Below are positions 12,239 through 43,009 of a DNA stretch of 64,000 nucleotides, in pieces. The notes beneath the pieces are model-generated. The model ran no database searches, had not been told where the DNA came from, and saw only the letters and a list, made by a program, of their open reading frames with translations. Origin of the DNA: Podarcis tiliguerta (lineage: Eukaryota); assembly GCA_965153285.1 (NCBI GenBank), contig OZ229111.1; one strand, given 5' to 3'. The position numbers and the translations under genes were made by a program. Every line of letters starts with the position of its first letter. The first letter of the stretch is position 1.

Positions 12239-12333
12239 TTTTAATGCCTGTTATAGCAACTTTAATTTAATATAATTCAAACTGCAACACAAGTTTCAGT
12301 AGAAAAAACAAAAGAAGCAGTAAAACTATAGTT

Positions 12334-12471
12334 TGCATCTGTCTTGGGAGACAATGGAGGAGTGAGCCTTTGGGGGTAAAGTCAAACCATTGGAGAGTTA
12401 CAGCGCCTGCTGTGGCTGTAGAGACAGATACGGGAGACACATGTTTCGTTGCAGCTGCAGTAAATGAAGGC
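12334..12471 (-). mobile_element. RTE-clade LINE 3' fragment (second copy)
   Basis: Highly similar to 7600-7735 (ggagacaatgga...gttacagc.cctgctgtggctgtagagac). Confidence 0.7.
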
Positions 12472-13252
12472 AAGGGTGGTCGTTGGGACTTAAATCCTTA
12501 GTGAGTTAGGGGAAGCAATAAAATACAAAAAAAACCAGCTCCCATATTCAGCCACAAATCCACAGATTTGCCACAGACCTGAACAAAGCTCAAAGGTCAT
12601 TGGTGGTCCACAGACTGCACAAACATTTTGTGTCCAAATGAATACACTTAGATGTATGTATGTGTGCAATAGGAGTGATGCACCTCAGGGAGAAACACAG
12701 GGGAGGGAGCTGAGATCTGAAGAATAGCAACTCTAATAACATACTAACAAAAATGTTAGAAACATCCCTATATAAAGGAGAGGCAATAATTCACCGGGGG
12801 GAATATCAGAAAAGAGGCACTAACTGACAAGGACAGCGGGCATCTTGGAATTTTGCCATGCAGTTGAAGAAAGGCAGAATAGTATTTTGGAAGTCAATCA
12901 TCAGCAATGTTGCTGTGCTTTGTTGGTACCAATTACTGTATGCAAGTGCCAATTTGCAGCAGCTTTAATGCTCATCTGCTACAGAATCACCAACCCCAGA
13001 ACCATCTGCAGTTTGGGGGGGTGTTCTGATGCTGAAAGTGATACCAGTCCACAAAGGGGTAAATTCTTCTGTTGTCAACTTGGCGAGCAAATGAAAATGT
13101 GTCGGAACAGAAATCCTCCAAATTGTACGCTGCAATATGTTATGTACCAGCAGAGCCAATTATTTCTTTGCATTTTTGCTTGCCCTGTTTGTTTGCTTGC
13201 TTGCTTGCTTTTCTTCCCCTTCCTCATCATTCTGACTTGTATTGTTATAGTA

Positions 13253-13487
13253 CAGTGGCACCTCGGGTTACAGACGCTTTCAGGTTACAGATGCTTCAGG
13301 TTACAGACTCTGCTAACCCAGAAATGGTACCTCGGGTTAAGAACTTTGCTTCAGGATGAGAACAGAAATCGCATGGTGACGGCAGCGGGAGGCCTCATTA
13401 GCTAAAGTGGTACCTCGGGTTAAGAACAGTTTCAGGTTAAGAACGGACCTCCAGAACAAATTAAGTTCTTAACCCGAGGTACCACTG
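13253..13487. mobile_element. Tc1/mariner-type MITE (family B)
   Basis: TIRs CAGTGGCACCTCGGGTTA / TAACCCGAGGTACCACTG, TA duplication; inverted relative of the copy at 39114. Confidence 0.85.
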
Positions 13488-14071
13488 TATTGCATAAGTA
13501 TATGACAGTGCAGGGAAGTAATATTAATGACTGCTCTAAGTGGACATGAGAAGTGAACCTTGCCCAGCCATTCCAAAGTACAGCCTGGTTACCATGACCA
13601 GCCTAATGCTTGCACACAGAGAAAGGGTGGCGGAATATTTGTATTTGGAGACTAAAGCGTGAGTTGGAGAAGGTAATGCAAGAGAAATACACAATGGATG
13701 TGAATCAAGGGCTGCAATCCAAAACACACTCCCCAGGGAATGAGCCCCACTGAATTTAGTGGGACCTACTTCTGAGTAAATATTGTTAGGATTGGGCTAT
13801 AAAATGCACAGCACATGAAGGAGCTGCCTTGGAGCTGAGACACTTTCCTTCAATAGCTGTAATACTGGTTTATTTGTGTCCCCGTGTACTATTCCCATTG
13901 TTATCTGAATCCACACAATTCCTGGTGCTAACCAAGAGATGGCAAAAGAGTCGGAGGAATGTAATGCTGGCTGCATCATTGGCACTTTGCTCATCCTAAA
14001 ACACTGTACTGGCCGTTCAGTCCCACAAAACTCAATGAGGCTGACTTTTGGGTAGATGTGCTGTATAGGAA

Positions 14072-14421
14072 GGGACGCGGGTGGCACTGTGGGTTAAACC
14101 ACAGAGCCTAGGACTTGCCAATCAGAAGGTCGGCGGTTCAAATCCCCGCGACGGGGTGAGCTCCCGTTGCTCGGTCCCTGCTCCTGCCAACCTAGCAGTT
14201 CGAAAGCATACCAGTGCAAGTAGATAAATAGGTACTGGTCCGGTGGGAAGGTAAACGGTGTTTCTGTGCGCTGCTCTGGTTCACTGGAAGCAGCTTAGTC
14301 ATGCTGGCCACATGAGCCAGAAGCTGTACGCCGGCTCCCTCAGCCAATAAAGCGAGATTAGCGCCACAACCCCAGAGTTGGCCACGACTGGACCTAATGG
14401 TCAGGGGTCCCTTTACCTTTT
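14072..14421 (+). mobile_element. Sauria SINE, full length
   Basis: gggacgcgggtggcactgtgggttaaaccacag...ggtcaggggtccctttaccttt; 11-bp TSD CTGTATAGGAA at 14061-14071 and 14422-14432. Confidence 0.92.
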
Positions 14422-14479
14422 CTGTATAGGAAAGCCCTGACAGTTGCCTGAAATACAGTTATCCAAACATCTCTTAATT

Positions 14480-15400
14480 CAGGAGTGGGGAGTGCTTTTC
14501 AGTTTGAGGGCCACATTCCCTTAAAAGCAAGCTTCTGGGGGCCGCATGCCAGTGGTGGGCAGAGCAAGGCAAAAGTGGGTGATGAATATAAAATTTTCTT
14601 TTTGTACTTTTAGTTTCTACACACACTCATACACCCCTCTATCCTCTATCCAGACAAGCAAGTGTTCATTTAAGGGGCATGTTCCAGCCAGGCAAAAACA
14701 CCTGGGTCCAGTGAAGGATTTTGACTAGGGGGAAGAGAGATTGTGGCTTGGAGAGAGTTCTGCAGGTTGATGTCATGGACTGCCTGGACACTGAGGAATG
14801 GTGGGGGGAACCAGCGGGGGAACCCCCAAGGAACAAAGGCTCAGAGCCCGAGAATGGATGGTGGTCAGAGGGAGAAGACTGGGAGGAGGTGTCAGAAGCT
14901 GAAGGGGCAACAGGGATTAGTGAGCTGGAAGAGTCTGTGGCAGAGAGAAGTTCAGAATCAGAGGCAGAAGCTGAAGCAGGAGGGTGGGAGGAGAGAGGTC
15001 AAGAAGCAGAAATGAGTCAGGCTGATCTAAAGGCATAGGAGTCTTTCTTTCCTGCTGCGACCAGCTCCTCTCCTCCTTGGTCTCCTAGAATCAGAAGAGG
15101 CATGAAAAGGGCAGGGAATAGATCGGTGAGGTGCAGATGCAGTCTCCAATTGCTTGGAGAAAACCCTGGAGAAAGGGGCTTAGGTAGATGTGAGGAGGCA
15201 GGGACCTTCAGCCTCAGCAACTGCTTCATGAGGGCTAGACCTACTAGAGATGGGTTACTGAGCTCATTAAGCCTGGCACTCCTGTGCTGATCATGTTTTT
15301 GCTAATCACAGTGTGATTTACCACTGCTTGCTCCCGACAGCCAAGTAGAGAGTCCACGAGGGCCGCATTTGGCTCCTGGGTCTGGGGTTCCCGACTCCAG
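14480..15400. mobile_element. Older hAT-like element carrying a nested LTR-like insert
   Basis: Termini caggagtggggag...gagggccacatt / gagggccgcatttggc...gttcccgactccag; no clear TSD. Confidence 0.45.
14771..15339 (+). mobile_element. Solo-LTR-like element
   Basis: Begins TGTCA, ends CGACA (TG...CA); purine-rich 5' half gives a spurious acidic ORF; TSD not evident. Confidence 0.5.
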
Positions 15401-17878
15401 TCAGAGATAGCTCAGCTCCTGTACCTTTAACAGCAGGCCTGATGCAGAGCAATTCAGCTCATAAAAGAAAAATATTGGCATGGAGGTGAAGTGATGGGAA
15501 AAACTTCAGCTGTTGAGTTTTGACATGTCAGGCAAAAATGAAATAAATGCGGTAGTTTCTAGGTCAGTCGCTAACATCTCCTGTCACTGTTCTCCTAATT
15601 TAGGAACTGAGCTCTCGTTCTTGCAGGATTCCACTAGAAACATTTTCCACACAGGAGTGTCTTCCCTGAAAAGCATTTACAATATTTTAAAGCCTTTATT
15701 ATGTTTATCATGCATAGACACCCTTCTTCACACTGACTGCTGGCCTTGATCCAGTTTGGCAAATTGTTCCTGTTTTCGTATGTCACACGCTTGCTGGATC
15801 CTCATTTCATGACACGGTTACTTTACCTTTAATAGACAGGAATTCAACAAGCTCACCAGTCCACAGTAGAGTAATGAATACAGTTACCGGGGTTGGATTT
15901 CCTTAGTGCTTTTGAACTCAATGTCACACTATTATGATAGTTCCATGAGCACAAGCATTTCTGCTTGCCACATGGAAAGATCTCCTTGCACCACACTGTG
16001 TGCTTTTCTGGGGGAGGGGGTTTCTCCTGACCCCCCCAGAGCTGATTTGGGGTTGCAATAACTCGGCTGGCTCCTACTAGAATCCAGCCCAACATGTTTG
16101 TCTTGTTCATCCACCTTGAAAGGCGCCCCCAGCTCAGATAACAATAATAATTAAAACAAACCTGATCAAAACAGAACAAGCATAAAAATAAATCCACAGC
16201 GGAATAAATAGCTGTTAAAAAAATGAAGAATGAAAAACAGAGCCAGAGAGATAGAGATCTATTTACAACATGTTTTCCTGCCACCACTGAAAACACTTCA
16301 GCTCTGTCAGGAAAGAGGGAGCAACCACAGCAGCTGTGCCTACACAAAATGCAGTGGGAAAGCTCAAGAAAGCAAACCAGGCTGGCTGGAATAAAGCTTG
16401 AAGGGCAAAGCATTGGCTTGCTTGCAGTCAGCAAGCTAAGATATCAACCCATTCTAGGTTCCGCTGGACATTGGGGCAGGTGAGTAACATCTGTTCCTCT
16501 AGCTAGATTGATAAGCAAACCTTATCTATACCCAGCCAATAGAATCTACTTTACTCCTAGGAAGAGCAAGATAACAACAGAACAAGACTGGAGTAAAAGC
16601 CCTATCTCCTTCTGCCACAGCTCAGTCCAGGGTAAAGGGGCAGTATAAGTCAACCAATTGCAGCAAGCCAGCTCAAGCTTCCTAACGGGTGGCCTTGTTC
16701 CCTGGCTCTGGGGTTCTAACCTAACAGGCTGGGACACGTCCACCCAGAAAGGAGGAAGCCACCACATAGGGAACTGGTTTAGATTTTCACAATCAGGAAA
16801 CAAACTGGGGGTGGGGGGAGGGATAGGAAAGGAGGACAGTGATGACTGCCCTTCTGCAAAGGGAATGCACCTTCTGCTTAAATATTTGGTTAACTGCAGA
16901 TTTGCCTGCATGAAGGAAGAAGAGTAATTGTTACATAACTTTATGCAGGAAATGATTTACCTTACACTTGGACTGAGTACTACAATTAGAAGGCAGGCAG
17001 TGAAATGCAAGAAGGTCCATAATGTGCACCGTGGCTTTCCTAATAGTGCGACTCTACGTATACCTACTTGAAAGGGAGATTCACTGAACTTGTTGTAGGG
17101 GCTTATCTCTGAGCAGACCCCTGACAGACAAGCTAAAGATGAATCAAGCTCTAGATTGTGCTTTCTCCGCCCACTAAGCCAAACATATCCATGAATTACA
17201 TACTGGTAGGTGTTTGCCAGTCTCCATAGTTTTGAAGAAAAAAACAAGAGGTTACTAAGCCCCAGCTTCAGTTATGCCTGCCTGCTCTAAATTCTCAGTT
17301 GTGATGATACAATCCCCCTACCTCTCCTGTGTTTTATCAGAAATGAGTCCCTTTTGTATTACATACTGCATTGGCTTCCTAAGGTTGAAATAACAACTTT
17401 TCTTACTCCTTTATTACCATACTTCCAGCCTGGAGCTGCCTCACATTTTAGTTCTACTCCTTTCCCCACCCAGTGGTGTCTGCTTGCTCAGGCTGGCTCA
17501 CCGTCCTATGAATGGATCAGACAGAAATAAAGGTAGGACTTTGAGCTGAATTGCCTTTGGCTGGCGTTTACAGGGAGGGCATCTTGCAAAGCTGGATATC
17601 TCTGATGACGTGTCCCAGCAGTACTAAGTCTAACAAGGCTGTCTCTCCTCTCTGTCCCATGCATACACACCCTGATGAAGAAAGAGAGATCTGTTTGCAC
17701 AACTAGAGTAGCTTGGCTGAGAGAAACACACCCACATTTGAGTGGGTTAACAACATCATGATGGAAATGCAACACAGCCTTGGGAGAGTTTAGTGTGCAG
17801 TTCAAAGCAGACCTTCCTTGTACTCTGCCCTGGCGATCCATAGCAAGTGTAACATTTTAAAAGAAGTTAAGGTATAGG

Positions 17879-17967
17879 CATAGCTGTCAACATTTCCCTT
17901 TTTTAAGGGAATTTCCCTTATTCCGAATAGGATTTCTCACAAGAAAAGGGAAAAGTTGACAGCTATG
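17879..17967. mobile_element. Short hairpin MITE (hAT-like)
   Basis: TIRs CATAGCTGTCAAC / GTTGACAGCTATG; flanks ggtatagg / tgtacagg (6 of 8 match). Confidence 0.75.
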
Positions 17968-19086
17968 TGTACAGGGTGTGTGTACAATTATTTCCAAAAC
18001 TAGGATCTTTTAACCAAAGTTAGCATGAGCTTTCTCTAGTCATTGATATACTTGCATGTAGTCTATTTGTATTTGTTATTCCTACTAGGAATATTTTAAC
18101 ATGAAAACTGTTTAAGATAGAAGAAATTTGAGAGCCTTCCAGCTTTGGGATCTTTCCAGACTTATATGTATTTACTTTGCCACTTGTAGAGTTGCTTACT
18201 CCTGGTGGCAAAGGATCTAGAAGCTGCTGCTGAAATACTCTCCCTGGGTGTGCCCAAATTATTTATAATGCTCTGTTGAATACTGCTGCTGCTAACTTGT
18301 TCAATCCTGTGCTGTTGGAATGCTATTATACTTGTAGAAGCTTAGTGTTTGTGCCCCCTGAGTCCATCCATTCCACACAGAATGCCAGGTAGCAATCCTA
18401 CGACTTGCAGAAAGGTAAGGTACACAAAACAGATGCTCCAGCTTTGGATTTCTACCTAAACTGGCTAAACTACTAGATTCTTACTGTGTGCATACTGACT
18501 TCCAGGGGCTGAAGCAATGTGGAATTTCCCACTCACTAGAGACACACACCAAGACTGAAAGAAAGAAAGAAAATAATGTCTAAAAACCAAACTAGTCTAG
18601 AAGCTCAATGTAAAGGACTGATTACATTGGGTTTTGCCAAGCCTAAATATTTTGAATATCAAAAATGTTTGGTCATGTTGCACAGCAGCAGAAACATCCC
18701 TTTAAACTTTGCTGAAGTTATACAGCTCACAACTATTTCAGCAGTCATATACAAAGCCAAACAACGCCACTGAAGTTGATGGCAATTGTGAGCAGGCAAG
18801 ATGAGTCAACTACAAGGATGATCCATTGATGCAATTGCCCTTCAGGTTCCTGGACATGCAAATTTATACAATGAAAACACCCATTCGCTAGTTCTGTATG
18901 ATAGGCATCTCTTTGTATCATACCAAAATGCACATGGGGGGAATTTGAAAAATAATTGACCTACTTTAAGTACTTGAAAAAGTTTTTTGAAAGTTTGTTA
19001 TCAGCAGGTGGCTAGTGTAAAATTACATGATTTGGAATTTTGTCATATTTTACCTGATTCATCTAAGACCAAAGGAAATGATTGGT

Positions 19087-19446
19087 TTGTTGTTGTTGTT
19101 TAGTCGTGTCTGACTCTTCGTGACCCCATGGACCAGAGCACACCAGGCACTCCTGTCTTCCACTGCCTCCCGCAGTTTGGTCAAACTCATGTTAGTAGCT
19201 TCGAGAACACTGTCCAACCATCTTGTCCTCTGTTGTCCCCTTCTCCTTGTGCCCTCAATCTTTCCCAACAACAGGGTCTTTTCCAGGGAGCTAGCTTTCC
19301 TCTTCTCATCAGGTGGCCAAAGTATTGGAGCCTCAGCTTCAGGATCTGTCCTTCCAGTGAGCACCCATGGCTGATTTCCTTAAGAAAGGATAGGTTTGAT
19401 CTTCTTGTAGTCCATGGGACTCTCAAGAATCTCCTCCAGCACCATA
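19087..19446 (-). mobile_element. BovB (RTE) LINE, 5'-truncated 3' end
   Basis: Minus-strand SLEGQILKLRLQYFGHLMRR and LEKTLLLGKIEGTRRRGQQRTRWLD match the BovB ORF C-terminus; (CAA)n tail. Confidence 0.9.
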
Positions 19447-19609
19447 AAAATGGTTAAAAATGTTAATTGACCCAAGAGCTCAGCTGTCCACTTAACAGCT
19501 ATTATTTCTTAAGCACCTTAAAAACACAGGATGCTATAAAATGTGAGATGTGTTTAGCATAAAAAACCTAAGCAGAGCAAATTGAAAATAGAAAAGCAAT
19601 TTGAAATTC

Positions 19610-19980
19610 TAAATGCAATTATTTCTGGGAAATAAATCCCATTGAATATAGCCAGATTACTTATGTAGAAACACAGATAGGACTGCACTGCCATTGTGTA
19701 AAGTCCAATTATATCATACTCAGAACACACCCACTAAATCAGGTTACTTAAGTCCATTGATTTCAGTGGATCTACTCTGAGCATAACTAATGTTGGCTGT
19801 CTCTCAGTGGTTTTATTCGCAGTGCCTACTCAGAAGCCTTACTGAATTCAATGGGGCTAACTCTTGGGTGAGTGAGGTTAAGATTGCACTCTTAGTTTAC
19901 AATGCATGTCAGCTCAGACATAAGCCACATAGATTTCAATGGGACTTTCTTCCAGTTAAGTTAGTAAAGGTCTGAAGCTT
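19610..19980. repeat. Cluster of four degraded ~90-bp palindromic MITE-like units
   Basis: Each has a central cc(c)a(c/t)tgaa-ttca(a/g)tggg-like dyad; single copies at ~13708-13798, ~20531-20620, ~23405-23495 and ~26000-26075. Confidence 0.55.
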
Positions 19981-20799
19981 GACTCTCAATCTAAACATAA
20001 TGGCAAATTTGGCTGTCTCAACTCTTATGCTGTTAGGCATAAACAATATGACACACCTGCAGCAGACCGCTCTCCCAGAGCTCCACTTATGGTCGATTGT
20101 GGCACAGGTCTTTGGGATAGTGGTGGAAATGCTAATGTATAAAGGATGGAATGTTTTGAAATAGTTTTTCAGAAACTATTGGGCTTGGTTCTGCCACTTT
20201 ACTGCCCTGCCCTTTCAAACATTGACATATAAAATGCATTACATTATTATAATGACAATATTATATTATAAACCAGGGAACAAAAGAGGAAACACAGACA
20301 ACATGGGAGTGCAAATGATCCAGACACTGGTATGTATTTCCCATATAAATAACTACAAAATGTTTGTATTTTATTTATCAACAAATTCTATTTGAACAAA
20401 CTCCTCCTCATTGCTGGGGGGGAAAAGTTGTCCAGGTAATATAGCTACACTATTCCTTGCAACAGTAAAAAGATGAAGTCAAAAAGCAGGAGAGGAAGGC
20501 AGAGAATAAAGCTATTCCTTTTCAGTCCAGCACCGCAGCCCTAACCACGTCTACTCAAAAGCAAGTCCTACTGAATTCAGTGGGCTTGATCCCATGTAAA
20601 TGGGGGTTAGGACTGCAGCCTAAGCCTCAAGAGAGTTCTATAGTACTTCTGAGTAAACATGCTAGGGTTATACGTAAAAATATATAATAAAAATGGTAAT
20701 ACAAAAATATAATATGCGCTTATTCTCATTAGAAAAAATTCCCAACAGTAAAGCATATACAAAGGCAATGCAGATGTACACACTTCAGAACTTCCCATC

Positions 20800-21454
20800 G
20801 TAATCAACTTGCTCGCTTGAGTTCCCCGCTCCCCCGCCCACTTCTAAGCAATTCTTATGCAAAAGCCTCTTTCGTACAGTCCCGGAAACACTTGGTTCCT
20901 TGCTAGCTTTCAAATCCGGGTCGCTCATTAAATGCGGCCAGTCAGAATCAAACACGAACGAGGTCTCCCTGCCACACTCAAACACGCATGCGCAGCGCGA
21001 GGCGGGCGTATCTCTCGAATGCCACGTTCCAAAGAAGAGAGGAGAAAGTAGGCGGGGAGGGGAGGGAATTTCGTTGAGGTCAACCAATCAGAAACGGCTG
21101 GTCCGAGTTTCTAAGAGCGGCCGCGTTATCCAATCCCAGTCACCGGAGAGGTCGGTACGGCCAATCAATGCCCGCGGAGCGAAGGAAACTCTCGCGGCTG
21201 TTCGGAAGTGGGGAAGGAAAAGCGACGCGACCTTTAAAGCTGACCAATCCAGGACCGGAGGGCGGCTTTAGGCTCCACGCCAGTTCAATGGGAGCTGAAG
21301 CGTAGGAGAGCGGAAGCAGCCAATGGGCGATAGACGCAGCGGGGAGAGGGCGGGTTTATAAAGCGGGAGGCGGGCGCGGAGTGTTCTCTTTTGCGGCGCC
21401 TCTTCGTGGTCCGGTCTGTTCGCCTGGGATCCTGCCGTCATTGTCAGCGCCGCC
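20800..21454 (+). promoter_or_regulatory. P4HB: P4HB CpG-island promoter with CCAAT array, GC boxes and TATA box
   Basis: CCAAT at 21084, 21130, 21161, 21244 and 21320 (TCAAT variant at 21285); TATAAA 21357-21362; GGGCGG boxes; NRF1-like CGCATGCGCA 20985-20994; GCCACGT at 21021; CpG-rich. Confidence 0.9.
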
Positions 21455-39966
<18,512 letters not shown>

Positions 39967-40909
39967 AGACAAGTCCAATCTGCATATCCCCAGACACTAC
40001 ACTGTGGCTGCCACTTCATGCAGTTAAGCAAGTCCAGAACCAACTTGAACCAGAAGGCAGATGCTGTCTGAGAGTACAGGGAATGGTCTAAAGTAACCCT
40101 TCATCCTAACTTGTCTGTCAACTGATTCCTCTACTTAATTTTTATTATTATTATTTTCAGTTTGGAAGAGGGATCTGCCTAGGTAGCCAGCCCTGCTGGG
40201 TCTTCTCTTTCACCCCTCCTTTACACACTGTGATGTACATTTTCTTTTCCTAGAGTGTTCTGTGATCTGGGTAGAAGCAGATTGAAACGGCAACGTGTCC
40301 CATTGCCTAACTCACTTTGGAGCCTCACCAGTAATGCCGCCTTAAAACTTACACTTGTCCAAATGTCATAAGCTGCTGTTGGCCCAGCAGGGTCTTGGAT
40401 ACTGTCTCGGCTGTTTTTCAATTACTATTTCTTTTTTTGGGCTGCTCCGGTGTGGAGGAACCTACTGGGCTGACCACGGTGGTGGCAGTGGAAAGGGAAA
40501 TGAGCAGGTCCTCTTAACTCATTGCATGGTCTTGCTTCCCTTTTATGCTGAGCAGTATATGTATCTCTCTCTTCCAAAGATTAGGATGGCATAAAGACTG
40601 TCCTTGAGGGGGAAAGGACCCAATTACTCCTGAGGCAAAACCTTAACTGGTGTTGCCCCCTTGCCCCCTGAACAAACAATACGACTTGCTCTTTACGCAT
40701 TTGCTTTGTGAATGGGTCTCCCAGGCATTTACAGAGCTGTTTGGGAAGGGGCCTACCAGAATGAAAAAAAAAGGACACTCAATAACTAGGTTTTTTTTGT
40801 GGGGGTACTTGAGAGCCAAGGAGTGATGGGAGGACAAGAATGTATGTTGACAGAATTGGAATTAGTTTGGAGCGTCTATGATGCTAAAAGGAATGGAACT
40901 CATTGGCCA

Positions 40910-40915
40910 AATAAA
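40910..40915 (+). terminator. P4HB: P4HB polyadenylation signal
   Basis: AATAAA ~945 nt after the stop, followed by a GT/T-rich downstream element (tgtgtatctggctgttttgtttg). Confidence 0.75.
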
Positions 40916-40964
40916 AGTTGATTTTAATACTATATTGTGTATCTGGCTGTTTTGTTTGAACTCT

Positions 40965-41262
40965 GGTTTAGAGGAGGGAGAAAGGTTGTTTTCTGCTGCT
41001 CCAGAGAAGCGGACACGGAGCAATGGATCCAAACTACAAGAAAGAAGATTCCACCTAAACATTAGGAAGAACTTCCTGACAGTAAGAGCTGTTCGACAGT
41101 GGAATTTGCTGCCAAGGAGTGTGGTGGAGTCTCCTTCTTTGGAGGTCTTTAAGCAGAGGCTTGACAACCATATGTCAGGAGTGCTCTGATGTTTGTTTCC
41201 TGCTTGGCAGGGGGTTGGACTCGATGGCCCTTGTGGTCTCTTCCAACTCTATGATTCTATGA
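40965..41262 (+). mobile_element. Young 5'-truncated CR1 LINE
   Basis: Uninterrupted ORF2 C-terminus RTRSNGSKLQERRFHLNIRKNFLTVRAVRQWNLLPRSVVESPSLEVFKQRLD; ctctatgattctatga tail; GAACTCT duplicated at 40958-40964 and 41263-41269. Confidence 0.92.
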
Positions 41263-43009
41263 GAACTCTTTTCTCATCTAGGCCAGGAAGGATGAAAGTG
41301 GATTTAAGGTTTTTTCTGTTGCTGAAACTTGCTTGCATGATAAATATTCCCCCCTCCTGGGGGAAACTTATGTCCAGCCTTTTGCATGTTCTTACTATAT
41401 AATTCAAACCTGTTTTGCACAAATGCACATTTGAACAAAGTAACTTAATTTGTGCAAAGTATTGCTTTAGGTTTTCAGTATCTGAAGAACAGTATGTTCC
41501 ATGGGAAGCGAACATGGTACTCTCCAGAGGTATACTATCACTTTCATCTTTGGCTATTTTGACTTCAGCTTATGAAAGTCCAATAGCAAGTATCTGGAGG
41601 GTGGATTTATGCTATGTGGTAGCAAAAGCTTAAAGAAAAGTGGCAGTAGTGGGAAATTACCTACTAAGTACAGAATATAGAATGATACAAACCGTTCATA
41701 GATAATAAAAAACTAATCTGTACATTTAAACATTGATTACATCAAAAAATGCTTGAATTATTTTATCTGCATTCAGCTGTGTGCAAAACTGTACTTGTAG
41801 GGGGGGGAACCCTAGATGCAACATTCCAGGAAATGTACAGGGTCAAATGAGGGGGACCTTACTCTCTCCACTTCCATTTAATTGCTATAACTCAGGAGAT
41901 GAGCTCTCTGTGTATGTACTACTGAATAAGGTGGTAGAGCAGGCTGTCTCCCTGGAAAATTGGGAATTCTATCTGGTAATAAAATGTAAATTATGGCAGA
42001 AGGAGACAGTATAGTAAGAGATCATATTTATTTTTGAAGAGGGGAAAAAAAAGAGGAAATATTTACATCCAAGCAAAAACTTTGTGGCTTGGTACCTGAG
42101 CTTAATGGGGTGTACCAGACATGGGAGCTAAAAATGGCTACCATACAGCTGCGAAGTCTTGAAGACCAGGTTTGCCTCATTGCACTTTTAAATGATGTGT
42201 GGATGTTTCAAAAACTGCAGTAAAAAATTGACTTACACCACATTTTCAAGCCCTGCCCCCAAACTTTTCAGTTCTGAGTTATACTCAGTGTTATGGCTAC
42301 CAACATAAAGATAACTAGCTCTTTTGGAAGGAGATTATTGGATTTGATCAGAACATGAAAAGCAAATCTAAATCTGGGCCATGAATTATCACACCCATCT
42401 TCTATAATACCTGTATCCAGATAGATTTTACAGCTGAGCAAAGGCACATAGGATGGATATAAGTGCCACATTCCTCACAGTGCCTCCAGCAGAAGGATTT
42501 GGGTGTTCACAAGATTTGTGACGTTTTCACTAGGGTATAGTGCCAGGGCTTTTCAGCTGGAACTGTTCTGGCGCTCTCAGGTAAGCATCATTGCCATTAT
42601 AAGAGAACCAAGGGAGGCGTTCATAGTACGTTTGGCTCCTCTTCTGGAAAAGTAGCACTGTGTTAGTTTCACTCATCTGTACATTTTAAGTGAATTTTCC
42701 TGGATGATAGAGGAGGTAGGTCAATAGTTTAGGAGACCAGGAGAACTCCCATGAGTGTTGGCAGATTTCCTTTCCTAGATCTACTTCCAACATGGTTCTA
42801 AGAACAGATGTGGAACAGAATGTCACTCCCAACAGAATTAGATATGAGAAACCATGCCTCCGTAAGAAGTGACAGACCCTTCCACCATCCTCTTGAAGGC
42901 TGTTAAAGGCAAAGTAGCTTGATCTTTCAGAGCCCTAACGGCTTGCTTGTACCTTTTGAGACTGAGGAATGTCTACGTTATTGACCGAAAGGGTAAAATT
43001 CAGGAGCAA

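Noticed and set aside
12845-13405. 186-aa + strand ORF
   Set aside because: Starts at TTG, has no recognisable domain, and its 3' part runs through a mariner MITE; likely chance.
14721-15038. Acidic 105-aa ORF (EEWWGEP...SESEAEAEA)
   Set aside because: Lies within a purine-rich solo-LTR-like repeat; compositional artefact.
15853-16434. 193-aa minus-strand ORF
   Set aside because: Cys/Phe/Leu-rich reading of the antisense of an A-rich tract; no domain or splice support.
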